A stretch of DNA of 64,000 nt from Octopus sinensis (taxonomy: Eukaryota). The position numbers and the translations under genes were made by a program. The notes beneath the pieces are model-generated. The model saw only the letters and a program-made list of their open reading frames with translations, was not told where the DNA came from and did no database searches. The stretch is taken from contig NC_043017.1 in assembly GCF_006345805.1 (NCBI RefSeq), positions 21,700,001-21,764,000 on the forward strand. The letters are read 5' to 3'. Positions 62,230-64,000 of this stretch are shown here, piece by piece. The number at the start of each line of letters is the position of its first letter. The first letter of the stretch is position 1.

Positions 62230-63643
62230 AAAATTAGGAATAAGTTTTTAAGTTATGTTTTACTTGTTTTAAATTTCACAATATTTAAAAGTATTTTAAA
62301 TGTTTAAAAAAGGAAAAAAAAAATATTTTAAATCTTTGTCATGTTTCTATTTTTTTTAATTTTCTGTATAGTTTACAAACGTAAATTTTTATAAATCCTT
62401 GAATAAATGTGAAAACAAAAGTAAAAAGGAAAAAGGAAAGTAAATCTATCGGATTTTGAAGTGAAGAATTCATGTCATGATTACCATAGAACAAGATGAT
62501 AGAGGGCTTTTACATAAAGGTGCTAAAAGCAGCACGTTCGAAAGTACTTGGCCGATAAAACCACTACTTCACAAGCTCATATAAAATTAGCCAGAAATTT
62601 TTTTTCTGCGTTGATCCACTTTTTTTCCGTTTTTCACAAAGCCTTAAAATTCAATTGAAATTTCAAAGACCATAGTAGTAGTAATAATAATAATAATAAT
62701 AGTGGCAACAACAACAATGATGAATTTAAATAAAAGTCCTTTTCAGTCAATAAATTCTTTTTGAATTAGATAGGAGATAAAAATCATCCACACAACAATA
62801 AATTCTTGAAACGAAATGAAAGAATGAAAGAGCTAAAAAAAAAAAAAAAAAAGAAATGTAAAGAATGGAGAAAGAAAACAAAAAAAAATTTTTTGTGTGT
62901 GTACGTATATTCACACACACACATGCACCATGCACACATTCACATATATGCATGTATATATTTACATAAAAAAAAAAACGAAATATATAAAGCTAAACCA
63001 TCAGCAAAAATTTCAAACTTTAAACAATGTAATAAAAATGGAAAATTTCAGTGATGAAATTTACAGACATACTAAGTGTAACGAAAATAAATGTTACAAA
63101 AGAAAACAAAAACAAAAGAAAAATAGAGGAACTACTACTACTACTACTACTAATACCACCACAACCACCACCACCACCACCACTACTACTAATAATAATA
63201 ATGATGATAGAAGCAGCAGCAGCAGCAGAAAAGTATGCTATGGAAAACAGTATATAGTCAACAAAAGCTCTCTGCAAAATTCTACAAAACCAAAGCAGAA
63301 AAGAAAAAAAAAATGGAATTAAACTGTCTTGGAAAAATGTTTCAGTTCTTAATTACAGAAGTAATTAACATTAGACCATAATTTTTCCATGTTTACTTTT
63401 TACTAAGTGAAAACAAAGTGCACACACACACAAAGTTGGAAAGAGGGAGAAAAAGACAGATAGCAATAATAAAGGGACAAATAATAAATTGAAGAAAACT
63501 CAAAGCAAGAACTGTAAACTACCACTGAAAATGCATTGCGGGACATGCTTCAAATCTGATAATGATATATCAGTGATATGCTATTATCAATATTATCAAT
63601 ACATGACAGACAGACAGGCAGACAGATAGATGCATGTATACTA

Positions 63644-64000
63644 TATTCTTTTACTCTTTTACTTGTTTCAGTCATTTGACTGCGGCCATGCTGGAGCACC
63701 ACCTTTAGTCGAGCAAATCGACCCCGGGACTTATTCTTTGTAAGCCCAGTACTTGTTCTCTCGGTCTCTTTTGCCAAACCACTAAGTGACGGGGATGTAA
63801 ACACACCAGCATCGGTTGTCAAGCAATGCTAGTGGGACAGACACAGAGACACACAAACACACACACACACACATACATATATACATATATACGACAGGCT
63901 TCTTTCAGTTTCCGTCTACCAAATCCACTCACAAGGTTTTGGTCAGCCTGAGGCTATAGTAGAAGATACTTGCCCAGGGTTTCACGCAGTGGGATTGAAC
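63644..64000 (-). mobile_element. SINE family A (runs off the window)
   Basis: Reverse complement of the family A tail and body. Confidence 0.92.

Overview
AT-rich, repeat-saturated eukaryotic intergenic or intronic DNA. The SINE families and microsatellite load point to an Octopus (coleoid cephalopod) genome; this is inferred from repeat sequence, not from a search. No intact protein-coding gene can be supported, and almost all listed ORFs are translations of (CA)n/(TA)n/(AAT)n microsatellites. Recognisable coding remnants are two RTE-type LINE 3' fragments, a C2H2 zinc-finger LINE-like fragment and mariner transposase pieces. The window also holds dozens of tRNA-derived SINEs, a tRNA-Gly(TCC) pseudogene and two 5S rRNA-derived elements. 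The tRNA-Gly copy and one 5S copy are fused to the same 3' tail used by the main SINE family. TTAA-flanked piggyBac-like MITEs, a 12-unit satellite amplified inside one SINE, a near-perfect 136-bp palindrome and several microsatellite-bounded tandem duplications are also present. The most striking signal is a set of more than 10 minimal type-I hammerhead-ribozyme (HHR) motifs in about 8 different short non-coding element types, resembling the minimal HHRs of Penelope-like elements. They include a family with a compensatory G3:C8 core swap, a tRNA-headed SINE carrying an HHR in its tail with fold-back 5' ends, and fold-back elements with an HHR at their centre. Ribozyme activity is not demonstrated, and most copies are CpG-decayed.
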